DNA of 64,000 bases. Origin: Alphaproteobacteria bacterium. GTDB taxonomy: Bacteria; Pseudomonadota; Alphaproteobacteria; UBA828. Position numbers and translations under genes: made by a program. Below the pieces are notes generated by a model. That model was given only the letters and a program-made list of their open reading frames with translations. It was not told where the DNA came from and did not search any database. Every line of letters begins with the position of its first letter. Within the stretch, counting starts at the first letter, position 1. Shown here piece by piece: positions 48,970 through 59,240 of this stretch. The stretch is taken from contig CAXXVO010000009.1 of assembly GCA_963422645.2 (NCBI GenBank), forward strand, positions 128,001 through 192,000. Reading direction: 5' to 3'.

Positions 48970-50472
48970 TCAGGCGACGGCCCGCTTTGCGCGTGCCCAC
49001 TTGCCGCGGGGTTTGCGCGACCTGCGTTCGCAGGACCGGCCGGGGCGCGGGCGCTGACGCGCCTGGTTGATGCAGGAGAGGACATGGCTGAGGGTTTCGG
49101 CGACCATCGCCGTATGGCGCAGCAGCAGCGCTTCGAGGTTGCGCGCGACGGTGGCGAGGCCGTTGCTGAAGTTGGCTTTCATCGCCGGCTTGCCGTCGGC
49201 AGGGCGCTCGGCGTCGAGGCTTGCGTTGCTGCGGTTGGTGAAGAGCCGGGTCATGGCGATGAGGTTGAAGTGGGCGAAGAGCTCCTGGCGGACGCCGCGC
49301 TCGGTCTGGCTGTGGAAGGCCTCGACGGCCATGGCCTGTTTCGAGGTCTTGTAGAGTTCCTCGATTCCCCAGCGCGCGTGATAGAGCTCGGCCAGTTCCG
49401 CGACGCTCCAGGCCTTGGGGTCGAGGAGGGTGGTGGCGAGGATGAAGACCGTGCTGCCGATGCGGTAGCGGACCAGTCGCAGGCGCAGCGGGGTGGCGTC
49501 GACGTGCGGCGTCTTGCGGCGCAGCTTTCTCAGGGTGTCCTTTCCGGGAGCGACGGTGATCGGCGCGTCCGTGCGGCCGTCGGCGATGAAGGCGTCGAGG
49601 GCGGCGCCTGCCTTCTTCTTGATCCGGAACACGGGGTGCAGGCCGCGGGCGACATGGGCGTGCAGCATCTCCCAAGAGTAGTAGCCGCGGTCATAGACCA
49701 CGATGTCGTTGGCCGAGAGCGCCTTGAGGTGGGCGAGGGCGGCCCTTCTTTCGTCGCCGTGCGCGACCAGGTCGAAGTCCACCGGGATGTTCGCGTGCAG
49801 CCGGTAGAGGCAACTCAGCAGGCCCTGCGGGTAGTGGGCCGCCTCGGAGGGCGTGCGGTAGCCGGCCTTGAGCAGCGGCCGCGGCAGGTTGAGCTTGGAG
49901 CCGTCGACCGCGAACACGCGGTGGCCCTTCCAGGCCGGGCCGTCGGCGCGCTTGAGGATCTCGGCGTGCAGCGTCTTGAACACCGCCTCGTCGACCTTGG
50001 CCCGCGCCATGCACATCGCCGAGGCCGAGACCGGCGCCGGCTGCGGCAGTGCGACGCCCAGGACCCGGCACTGCTCCCACAGCCCGGCCAGCGTCGTGGC
50101 GTAGCCCGCGCGGCCGTTCGAGAACGCCAGCCGGAAGATGAAGAGCATGACGAGAAGGGTGTCGAGGACCCGCCGGCGGCTCTGCCACACCCGGTCGTGA
50201 TCGGCGGCCACCGCCGCCAGTGCGCCGATCAGGTCCTGCCACAGCGCCACGAAGGGATCGTCCGGCGCCAGCGCTGCCGGCCGTGTCCTGTTCCCGCGCC
50301 GCGCCGGCCGCGGGCCTTCGAGCAGGATCGAGCGGAAGTCCGGCGTCAGCGGGTAGACGTAGACGCTTTTGCGGGTCTTGCCCTTGCCGCCCCCGGTCTC
50401 GCCGAGACAGCGCCAGTTGGCCGCGCGGTAGCAGGCGCCGTCGAAGAGGCTGGGGTCCACGAAGGTCTCCAC
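48970..50472 (-). pseudogene. 3' part of DUF4338-IS4 transposase fusion
   Basis: ETFVD...F.G.CYRAANW..LGET (end of DUF4338), then AVDGSK, VYDRGY and YHARWGIEE. Confidence 0.88.
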
Positions 50473-50492
50473 GAACGTCACAGACTACTATC

Positions 50493-50924
50493 TTGCAGGC
50501 TTCCGAGGCTCCTGAGCCCGTTCGCATTCGACGCTACAAGCATCCTTTCGACGGTGAGGCGATCGAGATTCTCGATCGGCGCAAAGGAGGTTACGGGGGC
50601 CGGACTCTGAAGGTTCGGATGCCGGACGGCAGCTGTTGTTGGATACCAGCGGCATGGACGAGCCTTGGAGCCCGTCCCGAGGATGCACCACGCCTGATCG
50701 GAGAGTTGTCTGATTTCCTCACCCTCCTTAATCTTCTGAATGACCTTGATGAGAGGGAACTCAGGCGCGATGGATGCGGAGCAGGAGTTGGCGCTGATCG
50801 CGCTGATGGAGTGGGAGGAGCGCCGGGACCGGTGGCTGGCGTTTCCGGCTCCGGACCGGGATCGCGTCGTGCAGGGTCTGGCCGATCTGATGGTTCGGAT
50901 TGCGGATCGGGAGGCGGCCGATGA
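50493..50924 (+). CDS. DUF5372/Y4bD-like small protein; frame open through the left junction, only a TTG start in the integrated state
   Basis: VRI...HPF.G.......R and MPDGS...IPAAWT motifs. The stop overlaps the recombinase ATG (ATGA). Confidence 0.6.
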   Translation: MQASEAPEPVRIRRYKHPFDGEAIEILDRRKGGYGGRTLKVRMPDGSCCWIPAAWTSLGARPEDAPRLIGELSDFLTLLNLLNDLDERELRRDGCGAGVGADRADGVGGAPGPVAGVSGSGPGSRRAGSGRSDGSDCGSGGGR

Positions 50925-50961
50925 CGGTCGATCCGTCGAAGATCACCCAGCGTCATCTTGA
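50771..50961 (+). CDS. Small hypothetical protein overlapping the recombinase start
   Basis: W...P...R..VV..LA.LM.R pattern resembles small ORFs recalled upstream of such recombinases. Overlaps its neighbours. Confidence 0.4.
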
Positions 50962-53101
50962 GCGTCTTGCAGTTGTCTACGTTCGCCAGTCGACACCCTT
51001 GCAAGTGAACGCGCACCAGGAATCGCAGCTGCGCCAATACGCGCTTGGCGAGCGTGCCCGGGAGATTGGCTGGCCGGCCGAGCGGATACGGACGATCGAC
51101 GCCGATCTTGGCGAGAGCGCAAGCGAGAAGGCGCGCGGCGAGCGTGGCGGCTTTCGGGAGATGTGCGACCTGATCGCCCGGGACCATGTCGGGGGCATCT
51201 TCGGGATTGAGGTTTCGCGGCTCGCCAGGAACACGATGGAATGGTTTCAGCTTCTCGATCTATGTCGCAGGCACGACACGGTTCTGGTTGAGGACTGCCA
51301 CATCTACTGCCCGAGCCGGGACGACGACTCCCTTGTCCTGGGGATCAAGGGAACCGTGAGCGCCGCTGAGCTGTCTCTTATTCGCGCCCGGATGGAGGGC
51401 GGAAAGCGGAACAAGGCGCTTCGTGGCGAGTTGTACTCGCGCGTTCCGATCGGATTTGTGCGGGATGGCTCGACTTTGCGGAAGGATCCGGATGCCCGGG
51501 TTCAGGCGGCGATTGCAACGGTCTTTGCGCGTTTTCGGCAAGCCGGTTCGGCCCGCCAGGCGACGATGCTGCTGCGTGAGGCGGGCGAGGATGTTCCCTC
51601 TCGCCGGCACCCGGGGGCAGCATTGGAATGGGGCCCGGCGCGCTATGAACGGGTGTACCGCATCCTCACCAACCCGGCGATGGGCGGCGCCTATGCCTAC
51701 GGCTTCAAACGCGGCGTTGGTCACGGTGCGCCGCTGCGGCCGGTCCAGGAGCGCTGGGATATTCTTCAGCCGGAGAAGCATGAGGGATATGTCAGTTGGG
51801 CAGAATGGCTTGAAGTACAGGAGCAGCTGGCCCGCAACCACATGGCTCCGGACGGAGCCCGCGGCGCGGCGCGGGAAGGGTCGGCTCTGCTCCAGGGTCT
51901 CGCGGTCTGCGGCGGCTGCGGATTGCCGATGACCGTCTACTACAGCAAGACGGGCTGGGGGTATGAGTGCCGCAAGCGCGATGCTGCGCGCCGGCGCGGC
52001 GGTTGTTGGTCGACAGGCGGCAAGCGCGTTGATGCGGAAGTTGCCCGTCTGTTTCTCGATGCGGTCACGCCGGCGGGGGTGGAGGCGGCCCGGCAGGCGG
52101 CTTGTGATGTTGCTGAACGCGGCCTGCGCGCGTTGCGCCGTTGGGAGCTGGATCTTGAGCACTGCCGGTACGAGGCGCGGCTTGCCGAGCGGCGCTACAA
52201 GCAGGTCGATCCCGACAACCGTCTGATTGCGGCAACGCTGGAGCGCGAGTGGGAGAAGGCGCTTCGCGCCGAGAAGGCTGCACAGGAAGCGCTTGAGGCG
52301 GCACGGGCGCGTCAGCCCGCGGCCCCTGCCCCGGCGGTTTTCGAGGGTCTCGGCGCGCGCCTGTCGCAGGTCTGGGGGGCGTCGTCGACGACCATGCGCG
52401 AGCGCAAGCGCCTGCTCGCCTGCCTCCTCGACGAGGTGACGATCGAGCTTGCGCGACAGGAGCGTGAGATCATGGCAACATTGCGCTGGCGTGGCGGGCA
52501 GATCGACGAGATCACTTTGCCGATGCTCGCGGGCTCTCCGACACCCCGGCGCGATGAGCGCAGCACGGTCGAGCTCGTGCGCAAGCTGTCATGCTTTTAC
52601 AACGACCGGGAGACCGCGAAGGTTCTCACCCGCCAGGGACGGCGCACAGCACGGGGTCTGGATTTCACGGCCGAGCTTGTTGGCAGCCTGCGTCGCCGCC
52701 ATGGCATTGCGCCCTACCAGCCCGACGGGGACGAGCCGGTGCTCATGGGCGTTGCCGATGTGGCGAAGGAGATCGGAGTCTCGGATGACACCATCTATCG
52801 CTGGATCCGCGAGGGGCTGGTTCCGGTTGCCCAGCCCGATATCGAAGGTGCTCCTCTTCGGATCCGGATGACCCCGACCTTGCGCGAGCGCTTTCGTGAG
52901 GCGCCTCCGGAGGGGTTTGTTCCCCTCGCTGTGGCAATGGATCGTCTGGGTGTCACGCGGCAGACGGTCTGGGAACGGATCAAGGCGGGCAGGCTGGACA
53001 GCTGCCATGTGACCCGCGGCAAGACGCGCGGACTGTATGTGCGTTTGCCGGTCGAGGACGAACTGCCGCTGCTGCGCGGGCTCAACGGTGATGGGGGGTG
53101 A
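50921..53101 (+). CDS. Large serine recombinase with C-terminal HTH extensions
   Basis: YVRQST catalytic Ser, D.DLG.S, EVSRLARN, recombinase domain, LLQGL.VCGGC zinc ribbon, VDPDNRL coiled coil and HTHs. GGAGG RBS. Confidence 0.92.
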   Translation: MTVDPSKITQRHLERLAVVYVRQSTPLQVNAHQESQLRQYALGERAREIGWPAERIRTIDADLGESASEKARGERGGFREMCDLIARDHVGGIFGIEVSRLARNTMEWFQLLDLCRRHDTVLVEDCHIYCPSRDDDSLVLGIKGTVSAAELSLIRARMEGGKRNKALRGELYSRVPIGFVRDGSTLRKDPDARVQAAIATVFARFRQAGSARQATMLLREAGEDVPSRRHPGAALEWGPARYERVYRILTNPAMGGAYAYGFKRGVGHGAPLRPVQERWDILQPEKHEGYVSWAEWLEVQEQLARNHMAPDGARGAAREGSALLQGLAVCGGCGLPMTVYYSKTGWGYECRKRDAARRRGGCWSTGGKRVDAEVARLFLDAVTPAGVEAARQAACDVAERGLRALRRWELDLEHCRYEARLAERRYKQVDPDNRLIAATLEREWEKALRAEKAAQEALEAARARQPAAPAPAVFEGLGARLSQVWGASSTTMRERKRLLACLLDEVTIELARQEREIMATLRWRGGQIDEITLPMLAGSPTPRRDERSTVELVRKLSCFYNDRETAKVLTRQGRRTARGLDFTAELVGSLRRRHGIAPYQPDGDEPVLMGVADVAKEIGVSDDTIYRWIREGLVPVAQPDIEGAPLRIRMTPTLRERFREAPPEGFVPLAVAMDRLGVTRQTVWERIKAGRLDSCHVTRGKTRGLYVRLPVEDELPLLRGLNGDGG

Positions 53102-53290
53102 CCATGCCCGGACCGTCAGGCAAAACGCCCGATGCAGATCCGCACCTCCAACGTGCGATACTGGAAAATCACGTCCGGCACGATGTAAAGGTCGCCGCGG
53201 CGGCAACAACGGAATCCAAACCGCCTTTTCTATCAATGCGGTAGAAACGCCCGCCCACCTGCACAACGGAGAAGCATTATGAAGCCTTCA

Positions 53291-54009
53291 TCTCCACCAG
53301 AACCGGGCGCGCTCCGAAGCGCGCCTCCCAGTCGCCGGGCAGCTGGCGCAGCGCCATCGACAGCGCTTTCGACGCCAGGTTGTCGACCCGGACCCAGGGA
53401 AAGATCAGGAAACGCGTGTGACCCACGACCAGATCGAGGTGCTTGCGGAAGCCTTCCGCCGGCCACCCGATCCACTCGTCGCGGCAGGGCAGCGTGCGCG
53501 ACGCCCGGGCAAACAGAAGGCAGCCCAGAGGCCGCCCGTGGCGGTCCAGGAGAAAATAGCGCAGATGCGCGCCGACCAGACGATGCAGCCCGAGATAGTG
53601 GTGGCGCGCGACGAACTCGTTCCACAGCCCGCCCTCCTCCTTGCCCGCCGCAATCGACAGGCGCAGCGGCATCAGCGCGGCCAGGTCCTCCGCGATCGCC
53701 GCGGCCGGCGCCGTCCGCTCGCTCCGGGCCATCGCCTCCTGCGGCCCCCGCACCTGCGCCTCGTCCCGCGCCGGCAGGGTCAGGATGCCCAGCCGCTCCA
53801 ACTCCTCCAGCATCCGCAGGCAGACCGCGACACGGTTCCGCCCGCTCGGCGCGCGCCAGTTCAAATGCTCGCAGATCGTGTGCCCGAGCTCGTTGCGGCT
53901 GATCGCCGGAAACAGCGCCACCGTCTCCTGGATGTCGGCAATCTGCCGGCGGGTCAGACGTCTGCCGAAAAAGGTCGTCGACTTCAGCGCGGTGATGCGG
54001 GGGTCCATG
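53291..54009 (-). pseudogene. 5' part (DUF4338/DruA-like domain) of the IS4 fusion gene
   Basis: FFGR, SR.EL...IC..L.W, WNEFV.RHHYLG...VG..LRY, RD.WIGW and RFLI.PWV...NLAS..L. Confidence 0.85.
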
Positions 54010-54178
54010 GGCCGGCTCCACTGACAGGGGGACAGCCACAGTGTGCCAAAGCACACGCCGCCGGTCAATCCCCCTCGTGCGGGAAACGCCGAGACCGACA
54101 ATCCACACAAGAAATCAACTCGTTACGACACCACCAAAAAAACCCCGGAACAATCTTCGCGCCAAATGAATGCCATTG

Positions 54179-54692
54179 GGTATCGGCCCCCAGAGCCACG
54201 CCATCGGTGCCCCGGAAGTTGTCGATGCGGCCGGAGATCATGTAGTCGACGTCCGGAGTGTTCGGGTCCACGCCATCGCTCGCCTTGTCGAAACCCGCTG
54301 TGCGAGACGTCAGCCGTTCCGGCTCCGAGTGTCTGGCTCGACCACGTCGCGACGATCGTGTCGGCACTGTTCGTGAGGGTGACCGTGCAGTCGTAATCGC
54401 TGTCGCACATGAACGTCACGCCCGCCCGCTCCGCGGTCATGCCGGCGGTAATCGGCACGTCGGTGGTGTCGCCGTTGAGCGGCAACGCCTCCAACAGCGC
54501 CGCGTGTTGCAAGGCCGTCAACATGATGTCCCCCGAGGCGGGCACGGGCACGGGCTCCATGGGCTCCATGGGCTCGACCATCGGCTCTGCCGGGTCGTCC
54601 CCACCACTGTGGACACAGCCGTACATGACGGCGGTGAGGGCGACGATCGAGCACGCCGCCATCAAACTGCGAGTCAGCTTCGTCTTTTTCAT
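54179..54692 (-). pseudogene. 5' part of the surface lipoprotein gene, with frameshift/internal deletion near 54305
   Basis: Signal peptide with lipobox MYGC and a Pro/Glu/Met linker. The frame changes before AGFDKASDG...ISGRIDNF. Confidence 0.75.
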
Positions 54693-55262
54693 GGCTCCGA
54701 GGCTCTCCTTTGAAGAGGCCTCAATCTATAGGTCCCTCCCGAGGCCGACCTTCTATTGTTCTATCGCGCCAATCCCACGCCGGAATGCACACCAGTGTAT
54801 TAACTCGCCGTTTTCGCGACTCTTTTTAGCCTCCCCGCCGTGACGACCCTGGAGCTTTCGCACCACAAACACGCCCTCGAACGCACTTCGACATGATGAC
54901 GGTCGCTTGCGTAATGATGACGGCAGTACTGCGTTCAACCTCTGTTGGTTTCCTTCAACGACCGCTCCCTTCACCCGGGAGCGCTCCCACCCCTATGCCC
55001 TGCGGGCATAAATTTTGCCCAAATCGGCATTTTCATTTTTTCCCATAAGCCACTAATCGGCACGGTCCTGCTCGTGGCGCAGCCGGCTTCCTCGGCCGGC
55101 TAGCAGGACATCGGCGGACATTGCGTCAGAGACGTCACGGATCCCGCCGGTGAGACCGATGCGGCGCCGGCTTCGTTTGCGTAGCCGCAATGACCGGCGC
55201 CGCGCGCCCGATCCGTCCGCGCCACCGCATCCGCATCTCGACAATGCCGGGGCCAGCACGCC

Positions 55263-56444
55263 ATGACCAAACGCACCGACCTCACCATCTCCAAGCGAAC
55301 CGTCGACTCGCTTTCCGCCGAAACTCGGGACACGGTCTACTGGGATCGTGACCTGCCCGGCTTCGGCGTCCGCGTCTACCCCTCAGGACGAAAGGTCTAC
55401 GTCGTCCAGTCTCGCGCGCGGGGCGCGCCCAAGCGTGTCTCCCTGGGCCGCCATGGCGAGATCACTCCGGATCAGGCGCGCAAGGAGGCCGCTGTCGTGA
55501 TCGACCGCATCAAGAGGGGCATGGACCCGATGAACCCGCCGCCTGCGCCCGAGATCACCGTCGCCGATCTCGCCGAGCGATACATGAGTGGCCATGTGGC
55601 CCTGAACTGCAACGCCCACACCGCCGGCATCTATCGGGGCTCGCTTGAGAACCACATCCTGCCGGCTCTCGGCGCGATGCCGATCAGCGCGGTCGACGGC
55701 GGGCATGTGTCGGCGCTGCACTACGGGATGCGCGACACCCCCCGTGCCGCCAACCGGGCGCTTATGATCCTGAAGAATATGTTCTCCCTGGCGGTGGCCT
55801 GGGGCCTAGCACCAGAGGGCAGCAACCCCTGCCGGGCGGTGCGCAAATACAAGGAGCGCAAGCGCGAGCGCTTCCTGACGGTGGAGGAGTATCGTCGACT
55901 GGGCCGGGCGCTTACCGAGGCCGAAGCGAATGGCACGGTCTCGCCCTACGCGGTGGCGGCGCTACGTCTGCTGATGCTGACCGGGTGCCGACTGACCGAG
56001 GTCCTTACCCTGCGATGGGACGATGTGGACCGGACGGCGGGGGAGTTCCGGCTGCGTGCCGGCAAGACCGGGGCGCGCATGGTGCCGCTGACGCCTACCG
56101 CCGAGCGGGTGCTGGCGGGCATCCTCAGCGTTCCGGGCAACCCTTGGGTGATCGTAGGCAAGACACCTGGGGTCCGTCTGTCGAGCCTGACCCGGGAGTG
56201 GTATCGGCTTCGGGCGCTGGCCGGGCTTGAGGACGTGCGCATCCACGACTTGCGGCATTCCTTCGCCAGCCGCGCGCTGGCGCTGGGCGAGAGCTTGAGC
56301 ATGATCGGCGGGCTGCTCGGCCATGCGGGCCTGGAGAGCACGGCGCGCTACGCCCATCTGGCGCGGGACACGGAGAGGGCTTCGGCGGCCAGGGTCGGCG
56401 CCAGCATCGGCGCCGACATCATGGCGGCGGCCGGCAGGGAATGA
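55263..56444 (+). CDS. Tyrosine integrase with N-terminal arm-binding (DUF4102-like) domain, 1
   Basis: WD..LPGFGVRV..SG.K, LTGCR..E, KTG, HDLRHSFAS, LLGH and RY. Confidence 0.92.
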   Translation: MTKRTDLTISKRTVDSLSAETRDTVYWDRDLPGFGVRVYPSGRKVYVVQSRARGAPKRVSLGRHGEITPDQARKEAAVVIDRIKRGMDPMNPPPAPEITVADLAERYMSGHVALNCNAHTAGIYRGSLENHILPALGAMPISAVDGGHVSALHYGMRDTPRAANRALMILKNMFSLAVAWGLAPEGSNPCRAVRKYKERKRERFLTVEEYRRLGRALTEAEANGTVSPYAVAALRLLMLTGCRLTEVLTLRWDDVDRTAGEFRLRAGKTGARMVPLTPTAERVLAGILSVPGNPWVIVGKTPGVRLSSLTREWYRLRALAGLEDVRIHDLRHSFASRALALGESLSMIGGLLGHAGLESTARYAHLARDTERASAARVGASIGADIMAAAGRE

Positions 56445-57700
56445 GGCCGGTTGGGGTGGCGAGGTTGCAAGGGCGGTCGATCACGCAGCGCACGGTCGAG
56501 GCGCTATGGGTGGCAAAGGACACTGTGTTCTGGGACGCCGCGCTGCCTGGATTCGGGGTGCGGGCTTATCCGTCGGGGTCCAGGTATTACATGGTGCAAG
56601 CGAGAGGGCCGGATGGTTCGAAGAGGGTGACGCTGGGCCGTCACGGAGTAATCACCGCCGATGAGGCGCGCCGGCGGGCGGCGGTGATCATCGCCCGCAT
56701 CAAGGCGGGCGATGACCCCATTGCCTCGCCGACCGTGGCGACGCCTGGAGACGAGGCGACGGTGGCGGCTGTCGCGGCGCGTTATCTGCGCGAGCATGTG
56801 GCGGTACGCTGCAAGCCGACGACGGCGGCTGAATACAGGCGGGTGGTCGACATGCACCTCGTGCCGGCGCTCGGAGAGCTGGCGATCACGGCGGTCGGGC
56901 GGACGCATGTTGCCGACCTGCACTACGGGCTGCGCGACCGGCCGTCTACGGCGAACCTGGTCGTCGCGACCCTGTCGCGACTCATCGAGGCAGCGGCGGC
57001 CTGGGGAGTGGCGCCGGCAGGGAGCAACCCGTGCCGACACGTGCGGAAGTACCGGGTGGGCAGGCGGGAGCGGTTCCTGACGGACGCGGAGTTCCGTCGG
57101 CTCGGTCGGGTGCTGAGTGACTTGGAAGCCGAGGGGCGTGTGACGACGCATGCGGCGGCGGCGATCCGCCTGCTGATGCTGACCGGGTGCCGGCGCAACG
57201 AGATCCTGACCCTGCGTTGGGAGGACGTGGACCTGGAAGCGAAGGAGCTTCGGTTGCCAGACAGCAAGACGGGTCCTCGAGTGGTTTCCCTGTCGCCGGC
57301 GGCGGCGGCGGTTCTGGCGGCACTGCCGCGCGTTGCCGGCAATCCCTGGGTGATCCCCGGCCGCAAGCCTGGCGCGCGGCTGTCGGACATCTCCAAGCAC
57401 TGGTCCCGAGCGCGAAGGCGTGCGGGTCTTGAGGACGTGCGCATTCATGACCTGCGCCACTCCTTCGCCAGCCGTGCGCTGGCGCTCGGTGAGAGCCTTC
57501 CGGTGATTGCCAGACTGTTGGGGCACGCCCAGGTTCAGACCACGGCGCGCTATGCACATCTGGCGCGGGACTCGGTCAAGGCGTCGGCGGCCCGTGTCGC
57601 GGCCAGCATCGGGGAGGATATCCTGCCTGCGGACTTCGGGCTGGATGCCGCCCCGGCGCCGATCGGGTCCGATGCCGTCTCTCCGGGCCGAGGGCTGTGA
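56441..57700 (+). CDS. Tyrosine integrase with arm-binding domain, 2 (tandem paralogue)
   Basis: Same motifs with all catalytic residues present. ATGA overlap with integrase 1. Confidence 0.92.
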   Translation: MRPVGVARLQGRSITQRTVEALWVAKDTVFWDAALPGFGVRAYPSGSRYYMVQARGPDGSKRVTLGRHGVITADEARRRAAVIIARIKAGDDPIASPTVATPGDEATVAAVAARYLREHVAVRCKPTTAAEYRRVVDMHLVPALGELAITAVGRTHVADLHYGLRDRPSTANLVVATLSRLIEAAAAWGVAPAGSNPCRHVRKYRVGRRERFLTDAEFRRLGRVLSDLEAEGRVTTHAAAAIRLLMLTGCRRNEILTLRWEDVDLEAKELRLPDSKTGPRVVSLSPAAAAVLAALPRVAGNPWVIPGRKPGARLSDISKHWSRARRRAGLEDVRIHDLRHSFASRALALGESLPVIARLLGHAQVQTTARYAHLARDSVKASAARVAASIGEDILPADFGLDAAPAPIGSDAVSPGRGL

Positions 57701-57783
57701 GGGCCGGGCTGTGAGATTCTATGGGGTGGGCGACGAGGTTGCATCACGTCGCCTTCGACTGACCTGAAGAAGGAGACCGCCCC

Positions 57784-58949
57784 ATGTCTGGAACGAATGA
57801 CCTGAGCCGCTCGCCCGTCGCCCTGGACGAGGGTAGCACGTTGATCGTGGTGGTCGAGATGAGCCAGTCGAGCTGGCTCGTCGCCGGCCTGCTGCCCGGC
57901 ATCGGGCGCCGCCCGCTGAAGAAGCTCTGGCGGTCGACGAGGACGCGCTGTTGTCGCTTCTGCAGCGTTGGCGGGATGAAGCGGCGAAGGCGGGGCACCC
58001 GATCAAGCGCATCTGCGTGGCCTACGAAGCCGGGCGCGACGGCTTCTGGCTGGCGCGCTGGCTGCGAGCGCGGGGGATCGAGGCCTATGTGATGCACGCG
58101 AGCAGCATCCCGGTGAAGCGGGAGCACCGCCGCGCCAAGACGGACCGGCTGGACTGCCGCCTGCTGAAGCGCGCCTTTGTGGGCTGGCTTCGCGGCGAGG
58201 CCGAGCATTGCTGCATGGTAGCGATCCCCTCGCCTGCGCAGGAGGACGCCCGCCGCGCGCATCGCGAACGCGAGAGCCTGGTGGGCGAGCGCACGCGGGT
58301 GGTGAACCGGATGAAGGCGACGCTGGTCCGGCTCGGCATCCGAGGCTTCAATCCAGCGCTTCGCAAGGCGCCGGAGCGTCTCGAGGGTCTGCGCACGCCG
58401 GAGGGCGCGGCGATCCCGCCCAACACGATGGCCGAGCTGCGCCGGGCCATGGCGCGGCTTCGCTTCGTGACCGAGCAGATCAGGGAGATCGAGACGGCAC
58501 GGCTGGAGCGGCTGGCGCGGGCGCCGGGCGAGCGCCATCACGCGATGGTCCGGCAGCTGTCCCGGATCCACGGTCTCGGCATCGAGACGGCGGACATGCT
58601 GGTCGCAGAGGTGCTGTCGCGCGACATCCCCAACCGGCGGGCGCTGGCGCGCTATGGCGGGCTGACCGGCGCGCCGGACGAGAGCGGCAAGCGACGACGG
58701 GAGAAGGGCCTGGCACGGGCCGGCAACGCCCGCGTGCGGCGCGCCATGATCCAGCTCGCCTGGCGCTTCCTCAGCTTCCAGAAGGACAGCGCGTTGGCGC
58801 ACTGGTATGAGCAGCGCACCGCCGGCGGGCGCAGCGACGTGCGCAAGACCATGATCGTGGCGCTCGCGCGCAAGCTGCTGATCGCCTTGTGGCGCTTCGT
58901 CGCCCAAGGCGTCGTGCCGGACGGCGTCGTCTTCAAGGGCGCCGCATGA
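57784..58949 (+). pseudogene. IS110 DEDD recombinase with frameshift near 57927
   Basis: VEMSQSSW, YEAGRDGFWL, KTDRLD, GL.....ESG and GN.RVR. An extra CT (CTCTG) splits the frame. Confidence 0.85.
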
Positions 58950-59240
58950 GCGCTGCCCCCACCACAGGCCGGCCGGGCACGAGCTGCCCCGTCCGGCCGT
59001 GAGCGATCCGAGGTGGCGGCACCCCGCCCCGGCCCTTGGCCCTCGTGCCGCAGGAGAGAATGGGCCCGCCGCCTCGGAGCTCGGCCGCCGATGCGTATCA
59101 CTGCATCATGGTCCGGGTCGCAGACGACCCAACCGAATACAAGGGTGCGGCGCCCAAGCGGCGCCCGCGGCAGAGCTCCCCTCGGATCAGACGCCCGAAA
59201 CCCACACCGATGCCTAAACCCAGGAGCACACATCGATCCG
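58950..59240 (+). ncRNA. Putative bridge/seek RNA region of the IS1111-type element
   Basis: Stem CCGAGGTGGCGG/CCGCCGCCTCGG encloses CCCGGCCCT, the reverse complement of the right target flank. Boundaries approximate. Confidence 0.6.

Larger units (their letters stand above)
50473..53297 (+). mobile_element. ~2.8-kb large serine recombinase integrative element
   Basis: Flanked by the 7-bp direct core TCTCCAC (50466-50472, 53291-53297). Its removal restores PVLVETFVD in the host gene. Confidence 0.88.
48880..54178 (-). mobile_element. IS4-family element encoding a DUF4338-transposase fusion, interrupted by a serine recombinase element
   Basis: IRs CAATGGCATTCA. 10-bp duplication GGTATCGGCC at 48870-48879 and 54179-54188. 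Confidence 0.92.
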
